DNA from: an uncultured Oscillospiraceae bacterium
GTDB lineage: Bacteria > Bacillota > Clostridia > Christensenellales > Aristaeellaceae
Direction of reading: 5' to 3'
Length of the DNA stretch: 64,000 bases
NCBI GenBank assembly: GCA_964408185.1
Contig: CAYOYK010000007.1
Coordinates: forward strand, 4,232-68,231
Shown: piece after piece, positions 10,094-18,765 of the stretch
How the letters are laid out: each line of letters opens with the position of its first letter
How positions within the stretch are numbered: the stretch's first letter is position 1
Made by a program: the position numbers and the translations under genes
The notes under the pieces: model-generated
What the model saw: only the letters and a program-made list of their open reading frames with translations
Told to the model about the DNA's origin: nothing
Database searches by the model: none

Positions 10094-10401
10094 TGCTGAA
10101 CGGAGCGTATTTGCTGCTGACCATCGGCGTGCTGATGGTGCTGGCCGGGTGCTGGTGCTTGATCCGCACCTACCATATGCTCAAGATCACCATCGGGGTG
10201 GAGATCGCCATGAAGGGCGTCACGCTGTTTTTGGTGCTGGCGGGCAATGTAACGGGCAAGGTCGCGCTTTCGGAAACGTTTGTTATAACCATCATTGTCA
10301 TGGAGGTCGTCACGGCTGTCGTGGGCACGGGCACGGCCGTCGGGCTGTTCCGCAAATATGGCAGCATGGACGTGCGCAACCTGAGCCGCTTGAAGGGGTG
10401 A
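10093..10401 (+). CDS. small membrane subunit, NuoK / MnhC / MbhG-like
   Basis: Internal ATG at 10093 (TAATG overlap). 102 aa, 3 TM, with a mid-membrane Glu (GVEIAMKG) as in NuoK-type subunits. Confidence 0.7.
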   Translation: MLNGAYLLLTIGVLMVLAGCWCLIRTYHMLKITIGVEIAMKGVTLFLVLAGNVTGKVALSETFVITIIVMEVVTAVVGTGTAVGLFRKYGSMDVRNLSRLKG

Positions 10402-10405
10402 TTGG

Positions 10406-10729
10406 ATGAACGCATTGGTGCTGCTCTCTCCGGCGGTGGTGTTCACGCTGTTTTTGCTCTTGTTCTGGCTGGGCATGCGGCGCGCGCGGAGCTACGCCGC
10501 CAAAACCGAGGCGGGAGAACGCGAGCTGGAGCCCTATGCCTGCGGGCAGCGGGATTATGAGAGCTATGTCAACCCGGACTACACGCAGTTTTTTCGGTAC
10601 GCGTTTGTGTTCTCGGTGCTGCATGTGCTGGCGCTGGTGGTCGCCACCGCGCCGTGGGAGGCCATGGGGCTGCCGCTGGCCTATGTGGCGGCCGGCATCC
10701 TGACGCTGAGCATCATCTTCCGGAAATGA
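10406..10729 (+). CDS. small membrane subunit, NuoA-like
   Basis: 107 aa, 3 TM, with loop motif EPYACGQ (compare YECG of NuoA). It sits immediately upstream of the NuoB-like gene. Confidence 0.5.
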   Translation: MNALVLLSPAVVFTLFLLLFWLGMRRARSYAAKTEAGERELEPYACGQRDYESYVNPDYTQFFRYAFVFSVLHVLALVVATAPWEAMGLPLAYVAAGILTLSIIFRK

Positions 10730-10739
10730 GGCGCATTTT

Positions 10740-11228
10740 ATGAAGCTATTCCAAAAGGCCGTGGAGTGGGGCGCGCGCAAATCCCCATGGATTATCCATT
10801 TTAACGCGGGCGCGTGCAACGGCTGCGACATTGAGGTTGTGGACGCGCTCACGCCGCGCTTTGATTTGGAGCGCGCCGGGGTAACCAAGCAGGGCAGCCC
10901 CCGGCACGCGGATGTGCTGGTGTGCACCGGCGCGGTGACGCTGCAGGTGCGCGACCGTCTGCTGCAAATCTATGAGCAGATGCCCGATCCCAAGGTGGTG
11001 GTGGCGGTGGGCGCGTGCGCCTGCTCCGGCGGCGTGTTCAAGGGCTGCTACTGCGTGATGGGCGGCGTGGATACCGTGATTCCCGTGGACATCTACGTGC
11101 CGGGCTGCGCCGTGCGCCCGGAGGCTCTCATCGGGGCGATTACCCGGCTGCTGGAGCCTCGTCCGAAAGGCGCGGCCAAGCCGGAGCCTATCGTGCTTGC
11201 CGAGGCGAACGAAAGCGAGGCGAACTGA
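10740..11228 (+). CDS. group-4 [NiFe]-hydrogenase small subunit (NuoB / HycG / MbhJ-like)
   Basis: 162 aa. Cys ligands for one [4Fe-4S] cluster: GACNGCD, GACACSGG, PGCAVRP. Confidence 0.9.
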   Translation: MKLFQKAVEWGARKSPWIIHFNAGACNGCDIEVVDALTPRFDLERAGVTKQGSPRHADVLVCTGAVTLQVRDRLLQIYEQMPDPKVVVAVGACACSGGVFKGCYCVMGGVDTVIPVDIYVPGCAVRPEALIGAITRLLEPRPKGAAKPEPIVLAEANESEAN

Positions 11229-11229
11229 C

Positions 11230-12930
11230 ATGGAAAACGAGATCATTCAAGCGCTGGTCGCCCGTTTCCCGGAGCTGGAGGGGAAGCTGCGCGCGGAACG
11301 GCCGATGCGCATCGCGTGCGACTGGCTGGACAAGGAGACATTCGACCGCGTGATCCGCTATTGCCATGATGAAATGGGTCTTACGCAGGGCCACAACATC
11401 ATCGGCACCGACGAGGGCGATCAGATCGGCTTTCTGTATGTGATCTCCGGGGAGAGGCATGTGCTGGTGACGCTGCGCACCGCCGTGTCCAAGACCAACC
11501 CGCGCCTATCCAGCCTGAGCGCGCTGTATCCGTCGTTTGTGCTCTTTGAGCGCGAGCTGGTGGATCTGTTCGGCGCCGTGGTGGAGGGCCTGCCCGCCGG
11601 GCCGCACTATCCGCTGCCCGACCGCTGGCCCAAGGATCAATGGCCCATGCGCAAGGAGTGGGATCCGGCGGCGCTGCAAACCGCCATGGCAGCGGAGGAG
11701 GAGCCGGAGGAGCGTCTCAAGGAGGCGGCGGACGGCGGCTTGGTCACGGTGCCCATCGGCCCGCAGCACCCTTCGCTGGACGAGCCGGGCAGCTTTGTCA
11801 TCACGCTGGAGGGGGAGCGCGTGCGCGGCGCGGAAATCGAAATCGGCTACAACCATCGCGGCCTTGAGAAGGCCTGCGAGAGCCGCACCTATGTGCAGGA
11901 TCTGTATATCATCGAGCGCGTATGCGGTATCTGCTCGCACGCGCACACCACCGCCTATTGCATGGCCGTGGAGGAGCTCGCTCAGGTGGAGGCCCCTCCG
12001 CGCGCCCAGTACATCCGTTTGATCGCCGCCGAGCTGGAGCGCCTGCACAGCCATTTGCTTTGGCTGGGCGTCGCGGGCCACGAGGTCGGCTTTGATACGC
12101 TGTTCATGCTGTCGTGGCGCGACCGCGAGAGCGTGCTGGATTTGATGGCCGTGCTCGGTGGAAACCGCATCAACTATGGCATCAACTGCTTGGGCGGCGT
12201 GCGCCGGGATATCGACGAGGCGCTCAAGGGCGATATCCTCAGCACGATGGATATGCTGGAGCGGGAGATCCGCAACTTTATCAGCATTGCCACCACGGAG
12301 TCCACGCTGCGCGCGCGCCTGAAGGGCGTGGGCCGCATGTCCCGCGAGGAGTGCCTGCTGTACGGGGCCAAGGGGCCCGTCTGCCGCGCCGCCGGAGTGG
12401 TGGACGACATCCGCGTCATCGAGCCCTACGGCGCGTACCGGCAGATTGCCGTGCAGGCCGTCACCGACGAGCATGCCGATGTGTACGGCCGCACCAAGGT
12501 ACGCCTGAAGGAGATGCTCGAATCCATCCGGCTGATCCGCGAGGCGCTGGGCAAGCTGCCGCAGGGGGGGCTGACCGTACGCGTGCCGCGCAAAATCCCG
12601 GCAGGGGAGGCCCTCGTGCGCGTGGAAGCGCCGCGCGGCGAGGATATGCACTATGTTCGCTCCAACGGCACCGATATGCCCGACCGCATCCGCGTCCGTG
12701 CGCCGTCGGAGTGCAACTGGCACGGCATGCAGCACATGCTGGAGGGCGGCTACTTGTCGGATGTGCCCATCACCATCGCGGCCATTGATCCCTGCTACTC
12801 GTGTACCGACCGCGCCATCCGGCTCGACCGGGACGGCCGGACGCGGGTAACGGATTGGAAGGCGCTGCGGGAATACGGCATTGCGTGGTACGCCGCCCGC
12901 AACGTGGATTGTACGAGGTTGAAGCTATGA
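11230..12930 (+). CDS. group-4 [NiFe]-hydrogenase large subunit, NuoC-NuoD fusion (HycE/HyfG-like)
   Basis: Internal ATG at 11230 of ORF 11197-12930. NuoC-like N-terminal third. NiFe ligand motifs RVCGICSHAH and DPCYSCTDR. A 38-aa tail follows the second motif. Confidence 0.95.
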   Translation: MENEIIQALVARFPELEGKLRAERPMRIACDWLDKETFDRVIRYCHDEMGLTQGHNIIGTDEGDQIGFLYVISGERHVLVTLRTAVSKTNPRLSSLSALYPSFVLFERELVDLFGAVVEGLPAGPHYPLPDRWPKDQWPMRKEWDPAALQTAMAAEEEPEERLKEAADGGLVTVPIGPQHPSLDEPGSFVITLEGERVRGAEIEIGYNHRGLEKACESRTYVQDLYIIERVCGICSHAHTTAYCMAVEELAQVEAPPRAQYIRLIAAELERLHSHLLWLGVAGHEVGFDTLFMLSWRDRESVLDLMAVLGGNRINYGINCLGGVRRDIDEALKGDILSTMDMLEREIRNFISIATTESTLRARLKGVGRMSREECLLYGAKGPVCRAAGVVDDIRVIEPYGAYRQIAVQAVTDEHADVYGRTKVRLKEMLESIRLIREALGKLPQGGLTVRVPRKIPAGEALVRVEAPRGEDMHYVRSNGTDMPDRIRVRAPSECNWHGMQHMLEGGYLSDVPITIAAIDPCYSCTDRAIRLDRDGRTRVTDWKALREYGIAWYAARNVDCTRLKL

Positions 12931-13871
12931 CGATCTTGTGGATGCTGGTCAAGCTGTTTATCTTCCCCGGTTTTCTGTTCCTTGCGGTCTATTCGCTCGC
13001 GCTGGCGTTTATGGACCGCAAGCTGTACGCGCGCCTACAAAGCCGTCAGGGCCCGCCGTGGTATCAGCCGCTGGCGGACTACCTCAAGCTGATCGGCAAG
13101 GAGACCGTGGTGCCCGCCGAGGCCAACCAGCGGATGTTCCGCTCGCTGCCCGTGTTCGCGCTTGCTGCGATGGCGACGGCGTTCATCTACGTGCCGGTGT
13201 GGGGCAATCAGGCGATCCTCTCGTTTGAGGGCGATCTGATCGTGACCATCTACCTGCTCACCATCCCAACGCTGGTAACGTTTCTGGCGGGCTGGTACTC
13301 GCGCAGCCTGTTTGCCACGATGGGCGCGACCCGCGTGCTCACGCAGATGTTCAGCTACGAGGTGCCGCTGTTCCTCGCGCTGCTCGCGCCGACGCTGCTC
13401 TCCGGCACATGGTCGCTGAGCGCCAACGAGGCCTTCTTTGCCGCGCATCCCGCGCTGATGCTGCTCAACATCCCGGCGGCGCTGGTCACGCTGGTGGCCT
13501 CGCAATGCAAAATGGAGCGCACGCCCTTCGATGCGCCGGAGGCCGAGACGGAGATCGTATCGGGCCCGCTGGTGGAGTACGGCGGGCGGTACTTGGCGTG
13601 CATCAGCTTTGCCAAGGATTGCGAGCTGACGATCATCCTCTCGGTGTTCTGCGCGATGTTCCTCCCGTTTTCCACGGGCATGGCGTGGCTGGACTTTGCG
13701 CTCTATCTTGCCGAGACGGGGGCTGTGCTGGCGCTGATGTGCCTTGCGCGCGCGGTCACGGCGCGGCTGCGCATCAACCAGATCGTGACGTTCTGCTGGC
13801 TCGGGCTGCTGCCCGTGGCGCTGTTTCAGGTCGTTTTGAATCTGCTGGCGAGAGGATGGATTGTGCCATGA
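12927..13871 (+). CDS. membrane subunit NuoH / HycD / MbhM-like
   Basis: Internal ATG at 12927 (ATGA overlap). 314 aa, polytopic. N-terminal block DRKLYARLQSRQGPPWYQPLADYLKL is typical of the NuoH family. Confidence 0.85.
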   Translation: MTILWMLVKLFIFPGFLFLAVYSLALAFMDRKLYARLQSRQGPPWYQPLADYLKLIGKETVVPAEANQRMFRSLPVFALAAMATAFIYVPVWGNQAILSFEGDLIVTIYLLTIPTLVTFLAGWYSRSLFATMGATRVLTQMFSYEVPLFLALLAPTLLSGTWSLSANEAFFAAHPALMLLNIPAALVTLVASQCKMERTPFDAPEAETEIVSGPLVEYGGRYLACISFAKDCELTIILSVFCAMFLPFSTGMAWLDFALYLAETGAVLALMCLARAVTARLRINQIVTFCWLGLLPVALFQVVLNLLARGWIVP

Positions 13872-14236
13872 AGCATTTACTTCGCGGCGAGGTTCGCATG
13901 TCCCAAACGGTGTTTCGCACGCTGTTCCACAAGCCCGCCACCATCCGCTATCTGGGAGGGCGGCTCAAGCTGGACGCGCGCTGCCGCGGACTGCTGGCCT
14001 ACGCGCCGCAGAACTGCGTGGCGTGCGGCCTGTGCATGAGGGACTGTCCCACCGGCGCGCTGCGCGTGGAAAACCACGGCACAAAGGAAGCCAAGGATAT
14101 GCACGCCTTTTTGGATACGGGCCGATGCATTTTTTGCGCTCAATGTGTGGATTCCTGCGCAAAGCATTGCCTGTCCGTCACGCCGGAGGCCAACCTCGCC
14201 CAGTTTGAACGAAAGGATTTGACCCGCGAGCTGTGA
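13868..14236 (+). CDS. 2x[4Fe-4S] ferredoxin subunit NuoI / HycF / MbhN-like
   Basis: Internal ATG at 13868 (ATGA overlap). 122 aa. Two cluster motifs, CVACGLCMRDCP and CIFCAQCVDSC. Confidence 0.85.
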   Translation: MKHLLRGEVRMSQTVFRTLFHKPATIRYLGGRLKLDARCRGLLAYAPQNCVACGLCMRDCPTGALRVENHGTKEAKDMHAFLDTGRCIFCAQCVDSCAKHCLSVTPEANLAQFERKDLTREL

Positions 14237-14739
14237 GTGAGAAGCAACGCGCGCTGGCGCGGCTTGCGTCCCTGCTGGCGGCGTGCGGCCGCGTCGCGGT
14301 GCTGGGCGTAGGCTCGGAACTGCGTCAGGACGACTATGCCGGCATGGCGGCCGCCGAGGCGCTCCTGCCCCTTGCCGATGGCCGCTCGGTGCTGGTCGCG
14401 CTGGGCGGAGCCGCGCCGGAAAACTGCACGGGCCCGATCCGGCGCTTCCGCCCGGATGTCGTGCTGGTGCTGGACGCGGCGCACATGGGCCTTGAGCCGG
14501 GCGCGTATGCCATCCTGGATCCCAAGCAGATCACGGGCGCGACGTTCAGCACGCACATGCTGCCGCTGCCCGTAACGCTTTCCTATTTGGAGACGACTTG
14601 CGGCTGCCGCGCCGCGTATATCGGCATTCAGCCCGCTTGCGTCGATCAGGGCGTGGGCATGTGCCCGGCGGTTCAGGCCGGGGTAAAGCGCCTGACGGAC
14701 GAGCTGCGCGGCCTGCTGCATCCGGCAGCCGGAAAATAG
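14233..14739 (+). CDS. hycI: hydrogenase maturation endopeptidase (HycI/HybD family)
   Basis: GTG at 14233 overlaps the previous stop (GTGA). LGVGSELRQDDYAG, then DAAHMG, then FSTHMLP, which is the metal-binding Asp/Asp/His pattern of the family. Confidence 0.85.
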   Translation: MSEKQRALARLASLLAACGRVAVLGVGSELRQDDYAGMAAAEALLPLADGRSVLVALGGAAPENCTGPIRRFRPDVVLVLDAAHMGLEPGAYAILDPKQITGATFSTHMLPLPVTLSYLETTCGCRAAYIGIQPACVDQGVGMCPAVQAGVKRLTDELRGLLHPAAGK

Positions 14740-14839
14740 CACGCGGACGAGCCTGCGCCTGCCGCCGCCTGCGCCCCGCGGGCCGATGGCGGCTGCGCGC
14801 TCTGATCGGCGCGGGATGCGTCCTGAGCAAGGCGCAAAG

Positions 14840-14877
14840 GGCCTGCCGTGCGCAAGAAGGCGCGGCAAGCCTTTTTT
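14840..14877 (+). terminator. intrinsic terminator ending the hyp-hydrogenase operon
   Basis: Stem GGCCTGCCGTGC / GCGCGGCAAGCC (one mismatch), 8-nt loop, followed by TTTTTT. Confidence 0.65.
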
Positions 14878-14909
14878 GTCGTTGCGGCGCGCTGATCGTC
14901 CTCTCGCGC

Positions 14910-14938
14910 TTGTGTTTGCGGCGCGAATATGGTATTCT
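14910..14938 (+). promoter_or_regulatory. sigma-A-type promoter candidate
   Basis: TTGTGT, a 17-nt spacer, then TATTCT preceded by TGg (extended -10). It lies about 50 nt upstream of the ATG at 14991. Confidence 0.4.
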
Positions 14939-14990
14939 ATATCAGAGTATGCAGGCTGGTCGGCCGCCTGTCCGGGGGAGAGGATTCGGA

Positions 14991-16388
14991 ATGCGAAATA
15001 TCGAACGCGTGCTGCGGAAGGGCTTCCTTTGGGTGCTGCTGTTCAGCCTGATCGTATCGGCGTTGGTCGGGGCCTACCTGTATCTCGTCGTGCCGGACGA
15101 GTATACCGCGCGCGCCACGCTGATGGTCACTTTGCGAACGGGCAACGGCGGAGAGCAGGTATACGACGCGAGCGCCTACAACCTGTTTGTTCACGATTGC
15201 AAGGAGATCATTCGCTATCGCTGGCTGCGCGAGGACGCCGCGACCTACCTGCCGGAGGGGCAGACGCTTGGCGGCGTTGCCTTCGCCGTGGAGGGCGCGG
15301 AGGACTCCCAACTGCTGATGCTGTCCGCCGTCGCGCATGAGCCGCAGCAGGCTGTGGACGGCGCGGAGGCGATGACGCAGGCGTTCGGCGTCTATGTGTC
15401 CACGCTTTCGCAGGTAGACCAGATCTACGAGATCGAGAAGGCCGAGCTGCCCACCTCGCCCACAGGGCCCAACCGCAAGCAAAGCATCGCGGCGGCGTTT
15501 GCGCTGTGCATGGTGCTGGGCGGCGTGGTATGCATCCTGATCGGGCTGCTTCGCCGCCGCGTGAACTATGGCGATCCCATCGAGGCGCAGTACGGCGTGC
15601 CCGTGCTGGGCAGCGTACAGGGCTTTACCAAGGAATACAAGGCATTCGCCAAAGCGCCCAAGGACAGGGCGCTGCTGGATGCGATGACCCGCTCCGTACG
15701 CGAGCAGCTTGGCGCGCTCTGCGCCAATTTGCAGGTTGCGGCCCAGCGCGACGGGCTGCGCACGCTTGCGATCACCTCCTCCTGCGCCGCCGAGGGCAAG
15801 AGCTGCCTCACGGTGCTGCTGGGCATGACGTTGGCGCGGCAGGGTATGCGCGTATTGCTTGTGGATATGGATTGTTACTCGCCCTCGCTGCGCGGCCTGC
15901 TGTCCGTGCAGGGCGACAGAAACTGGCTGGATTGTGCCGAGGGCCGCGCCACGCTGGACGAGGCGATCGTGCCGACGGGCTTTCAGGGCCTTTCGCTGCT
16001 GGACAATCGCCGCAGCAAGCCCGCCACCGTCACGCTCATGTCCTCGGCCGCGGCGCTTGCGCTGCGCGAGGAGATGCTGGAGCGCTTTGATTACGTGCTG
16101 TACGATACGCCGCCCGCCAGCGTTTTTGCGGACGCAATGGCCATCGGCCACGCTCAGGACGCGACGCTGCTGGCGCTGGCCAACGGCCGCGTAAAAAAGC
16201 GGAATTTCGTTCGCGCGGTGGATCGCCTGCAAAAGAGCGACGCGCATCTCCTCGGAATGGTCTATACCTACGCGCGCGCCAATCGCGTGGACTACGCGCA
16301 TCTGTACGAGGACTACGAGGACCGCGAGGACGCCAAGCCAAGCGCGCAACAAGCCGTGAAGCGCCGCAAGCGGGTGGATACGCACTAA
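14991..16388 (+). CDS. fused Wzz-type chain-length-determinant / BY-kinase (Wzc-like tyrosine autokinase)
   Basis: Internal ATG at 14991 (RBS GGGGAGAGG) of ORF 14598-16388. N-terminal TM, extracytoplasmic segment and second TM. Walker A TSSCAAEGKS, Walker A' VLLVDMD, Walker B YVLYDTPP. Tyr-rich tail YTYARANRVDYAHLYEDYEDRED. Confidence 0.8.
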   Translation: MRNIERVLRKGFLWVLLFSLIVSALVGAYLYLVVPDEYTARATLMVTLRTGNGGEQVYDASAYNLFVHDCKEIIRYRWLREDAATYLPEGQTLGGVAFAVEGAEDSQLLMLSAVAHEPQQAVDGAEAMTQAFGVYVSTLSQVDQIYEIEKAELPTSPTGPNRKQSIAAAFALCMVLGGVVCILIGLLRRRVNYGDPIEAQYGVPVLGSVQGFTKEYKAFAKAPKDRALLDAMTRSVREQLGALCANLQVAAQRDGLRTLAITSSCAAEGKSCLTVLLGMTLARQGMRVLLVDMDCYSPSLRGLLSVQGDRNWLDCAEGRATLDEAIVPTGFQGLSLLDNRRSKPATVTLMSSAAALALREEMLERFDYVLYDTPPASVFADAMAIGHAQDATLLALANGRVKKRNFVRAVDRLQKSDAHLLGMVYTYARANRVDYAHLYEDYEDREDAKPSAQQAVKRRKRVDTH

Positions 16389-16423
16389 GTCGGCTGCCAA
16401 TCGATCAATGGGGAGGGACGCGG

Positions 16424-17512
16424 ATGGATCTGCTCAAAACCATACTGCTCTATTTGTCGCTGGTGTTTGTCGCCTCGGTGCAGAGCGCGCCGGCGCCTGT
16501 GGCAACGGTTGCGCCGGAGGTTTCGACGTCGCCCGCGGCGGAGGTTTCCGTATCGGCCACGCCCTCCTTTACCCCGGTGCCCACGCCCGATATCACCCCC
16601 AACCCCGCCTACAAGACATTGCAGGTCGGCGATCGGGGAAACGCCGTAACCGATATGCAGCGCCGCTTGCAGGAGCTTGGCTACTATTCCGGCGATCTGG
16701 ACGGCGCGTTTGGCAACCAAACGCGGCAAGCGGTGGAGCTGTTCCAGTATTATCACGGCCTTTCGGTGGATGGCATCGCGGGTCGGCGCACGCTGACGGT
16801 GCTCTATGAGAGCGAAACCGTGCTTGTGCTGCCCACGACGCAAGGCCCCACGGCGGTGCCCACGCGCACCCCGATGCCCACGCGCACGCCGATTCCCACC
16901 TACACGCCAAGCGCCTCGCCCACGCCGGATGTCCCCGCGCAGACGACTGCCCCCGCCCCGGACGCGACAGCCTCGCCGGATGCCGCCGCCGATGCGGACG
17001 CGCCTGCCGATCAGGTGGGCGTGCCGATGACGGTCGTTTCCGTGGAGCCTCTCACGGGCTTTGCCCTTCAGGAGGAGGACGTGATCCGCGTGGGGGACAG
17101 CGAGGCGGACTTGACCTACTCCCTGACCGGAGAAAGCGACGCGCTGGTCATTCGCCCCGGCTTGGACGAGGCCGGCCTGTGGTATGCCCCGGCGATGCTG
17201 GTGCTGCAAAGCGCGGGCCTTACCGTCGTCCCGGACATGGTGGATGACAAGCTGGAATACGGCTTTGCCTATGGGGACGGCGTGTACCGCCTGTCCATCC
17301 AAATCGGCGAGGACGGCCAGCCGACGGCGGTGTACGCCTATCGCAACGAGGCCCCCATCGAGCTGACCTGCGCCGTGGCGCGCATCGAGAACGGCCTGCC
17401 TTATCTTCCCATGCAGACATTCGCCGAGATCCTCGGCTTCCAGTCCGAATACAGCGAGGAGACGCGCTGCCTGCGCGTCACGCTCCCGGCCGCGGAGCCG
17501 CAAGCCGAGTAA
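16424..17512 (+). CDS. secreted peptidoglycan-binding-domain protein
   Basis: Signal peptide. PG_binding_1-like block (GDRGNAVTDMQRRLQELGYYSGDLDGAFGNQTRQAVELFQ...GIAGRRTL). Pro/Thr/Ala linker. C-terminal copper-amine-oxidase-N-like stalk motif (LPYLPMQTFAEILGF). Confidence 0.75.
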   Translation: MDLLKTILLYLSLVFVASVQSAPAPVATVAPEVSTSPAAEVSVSATPSFTPVPTPDITPNPAYKTLQVGDRGNAVTDMQRRLQELGYYSGDLDGAFGNQTRQAVELFQYYHGLSVDGIAGRRTLTVLYESETVLVLPTTQGPTAVPTRTPMPTRTPIPTYTPSASPTPDVPAQTTAPAPDATASPDAAADADAPADQVGVPMTVVSVEPLTGFALQEEDVIRVGDSEADLTYSLTGESDALVIRPGLDEAGLWYAPAMLVLQSAGLTVVPDMVDDKLEYGFAYGDGVYRLSIQIGEDGQPTAVYAYRNEAPIELTCAVARIENGLPYLPMQTFAEILGFQSEYSEETRCLRVTLPAAEPQAE

Positions 17513-17560
17513 ACCAAACAAAAAACACCCGGCAAGGAAAGAATTGTCGGCAGGAAAGCC

Positions 17561-17588
17561 TTGACAGCGCTCCGCTTGTGACTATAAT
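17561..17588 (+). promoter_or_regulatory. sigma-A-type promoter candidate for ilvE
   Basis: TTGACA, a 16-nt spacer, then TATAAT, about 75 nt upstream of the ATG at 17664. Confidence 0.5.
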
Positions 17589-17663
17589 AGACACAAGTGC
17601 TTTATTGCACGCAATAACAGGTTTGCTTTCAGCACTGGCAGGCTTGATGATGGAGGATGGAAT

Positions 17664-18731
17664 ATGTATACAATACAAATGACGAAGGCAGCAAATCTCA
17701 AGCAAAAACCGACGGATGAAAGCAAACTGGGCTTTGGCAAAATTTTTACCGATCATATGCTGTTGATCGATTACGACGAGGGCATGGGCTGGCACGACGC
17801 TCGCGTAGTGCCCTACGGCAACCTCTCGCTCGACCCTGCCAGCATGGTGCTGCACTACGGGCAGGAGATCTTCGAGGGCACCAAGTGCTACCGCAACGCC
17901 GAGGGCGGCTATCAGCTGTTCCGCCCCCGTGATAACTTTGCGCGCATGAACCGCTCTGCCGAGCGGATGGGCATGCCGCAGATCGACGTAGAGCTCTGCA
18001 TGGACGGCCTGATGGCCCTCCTCAGTGTGGATAAGGACTGGACGCCCCAAGCCGAGGGCACGTCGCTCTACATCCGTCCCACCATGATCGCCACCGATCC
18101 CTTCTTGGGGGTGGCGGCCAGCAAGAAGTACCTGTTCTACATTCTGCTCAGCCCTGTGGGCGCGTATTACGCCAGCGGGCTGGCTCCCGTGGGCATCTAT
18201 GTGGAGGATAAGCTCGTGCGCGCCGTGCGCGGCGGCGTGGGCTTTGCCAAGACGGGCGGCAACTACGCGGCGAGCATCCTTGCGGGCAGCAAGGCCAAGC
18301 ACGAGGGCTACGCGCAGGTGCTTTGGCTTGACGGCGTGGAGCAGAAGTATATCGAGGAAGTCGGCTCCATGAACATGATGTTTGTCTTTGGCGACAAGGT
18401 GGTTACGCCCGCGCTCAACGGCAGCATTCTGCCCGGCATCACGCGCGACAGCGTGCTCAAGCTCGCCAAGGGCATGGGCCTGCACGTGGAAGAAAAGCGC
18501 ATCTCCATTGACGAAGTCATGGAGGGCGCGCGCAGCGGCAAGCTGACCGAAGCCTTCGGCACCGGTACCGCCGCGGTGGTCAGCCCGGTCAATCTCATCA
18601 GCTATCAGGGCGACGACGAGAAGATCGGCGATGGCAACATCGGTACGCTGACGCAAAAGCTCTACGACACCCTTACCGGGATGCAGACCGGCAAGGTGGC
18701 CGATACCATGGGTTGGATCACAAAGCTCTGA
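17664..18731 (+). CDS. ilvE: branched-chain amino acid aminotransferase
   Basis: 355 aa. Class-IV aminotransferase pattern: GFGKIFTDHML, HYGQEIFEGTKCYR, GGVGFAKTGGNYAAS, LPGITRDSV. Confidence 0.95.
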   Translation: MYTIQMTKAANLKQKPTDESKLGFGKIFTDHMLLIDYDEGMGWHDARVVPYGNLSLDPASMVLHYGQEIFEGTKCYRNAEGGYQLFRPRDNFARMNRSAERMGMPQIDVELCMDGLMALLSVDKDWTPQAEGTSLYIRPTMIATDPFLGVAASKKYLFYILLSPVGAYYASGLAPVGIYVEDKLVRAVRGGVGFAKTGGNYAASILAGSKAKHEGYAQVLWLDGVEQKYIEEVGSMNMMFVFGDKVVTPALNGSILPGITRDSVLKLAKGMGLHVEEKRISIDEVMEGARSGKLTEAFGTGTAAVVSPVNLISYQGDDEKIGDGNIGTLTQKLYDTLTGMQTGKVADTMGWITKL

Positions 18732-18765
18732 GATCAAACTGTTCCGAGGGAGGGAGGCGAGCCAC

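Noticed and set aside
17589-17663. Possible T-box or attenuator leader upstream of ilvE.
   Set aside because: The leader is only about 75 nt, and I saw no specifier-loop or T-box (AGGGTGGNACCGCG-like) sequence.
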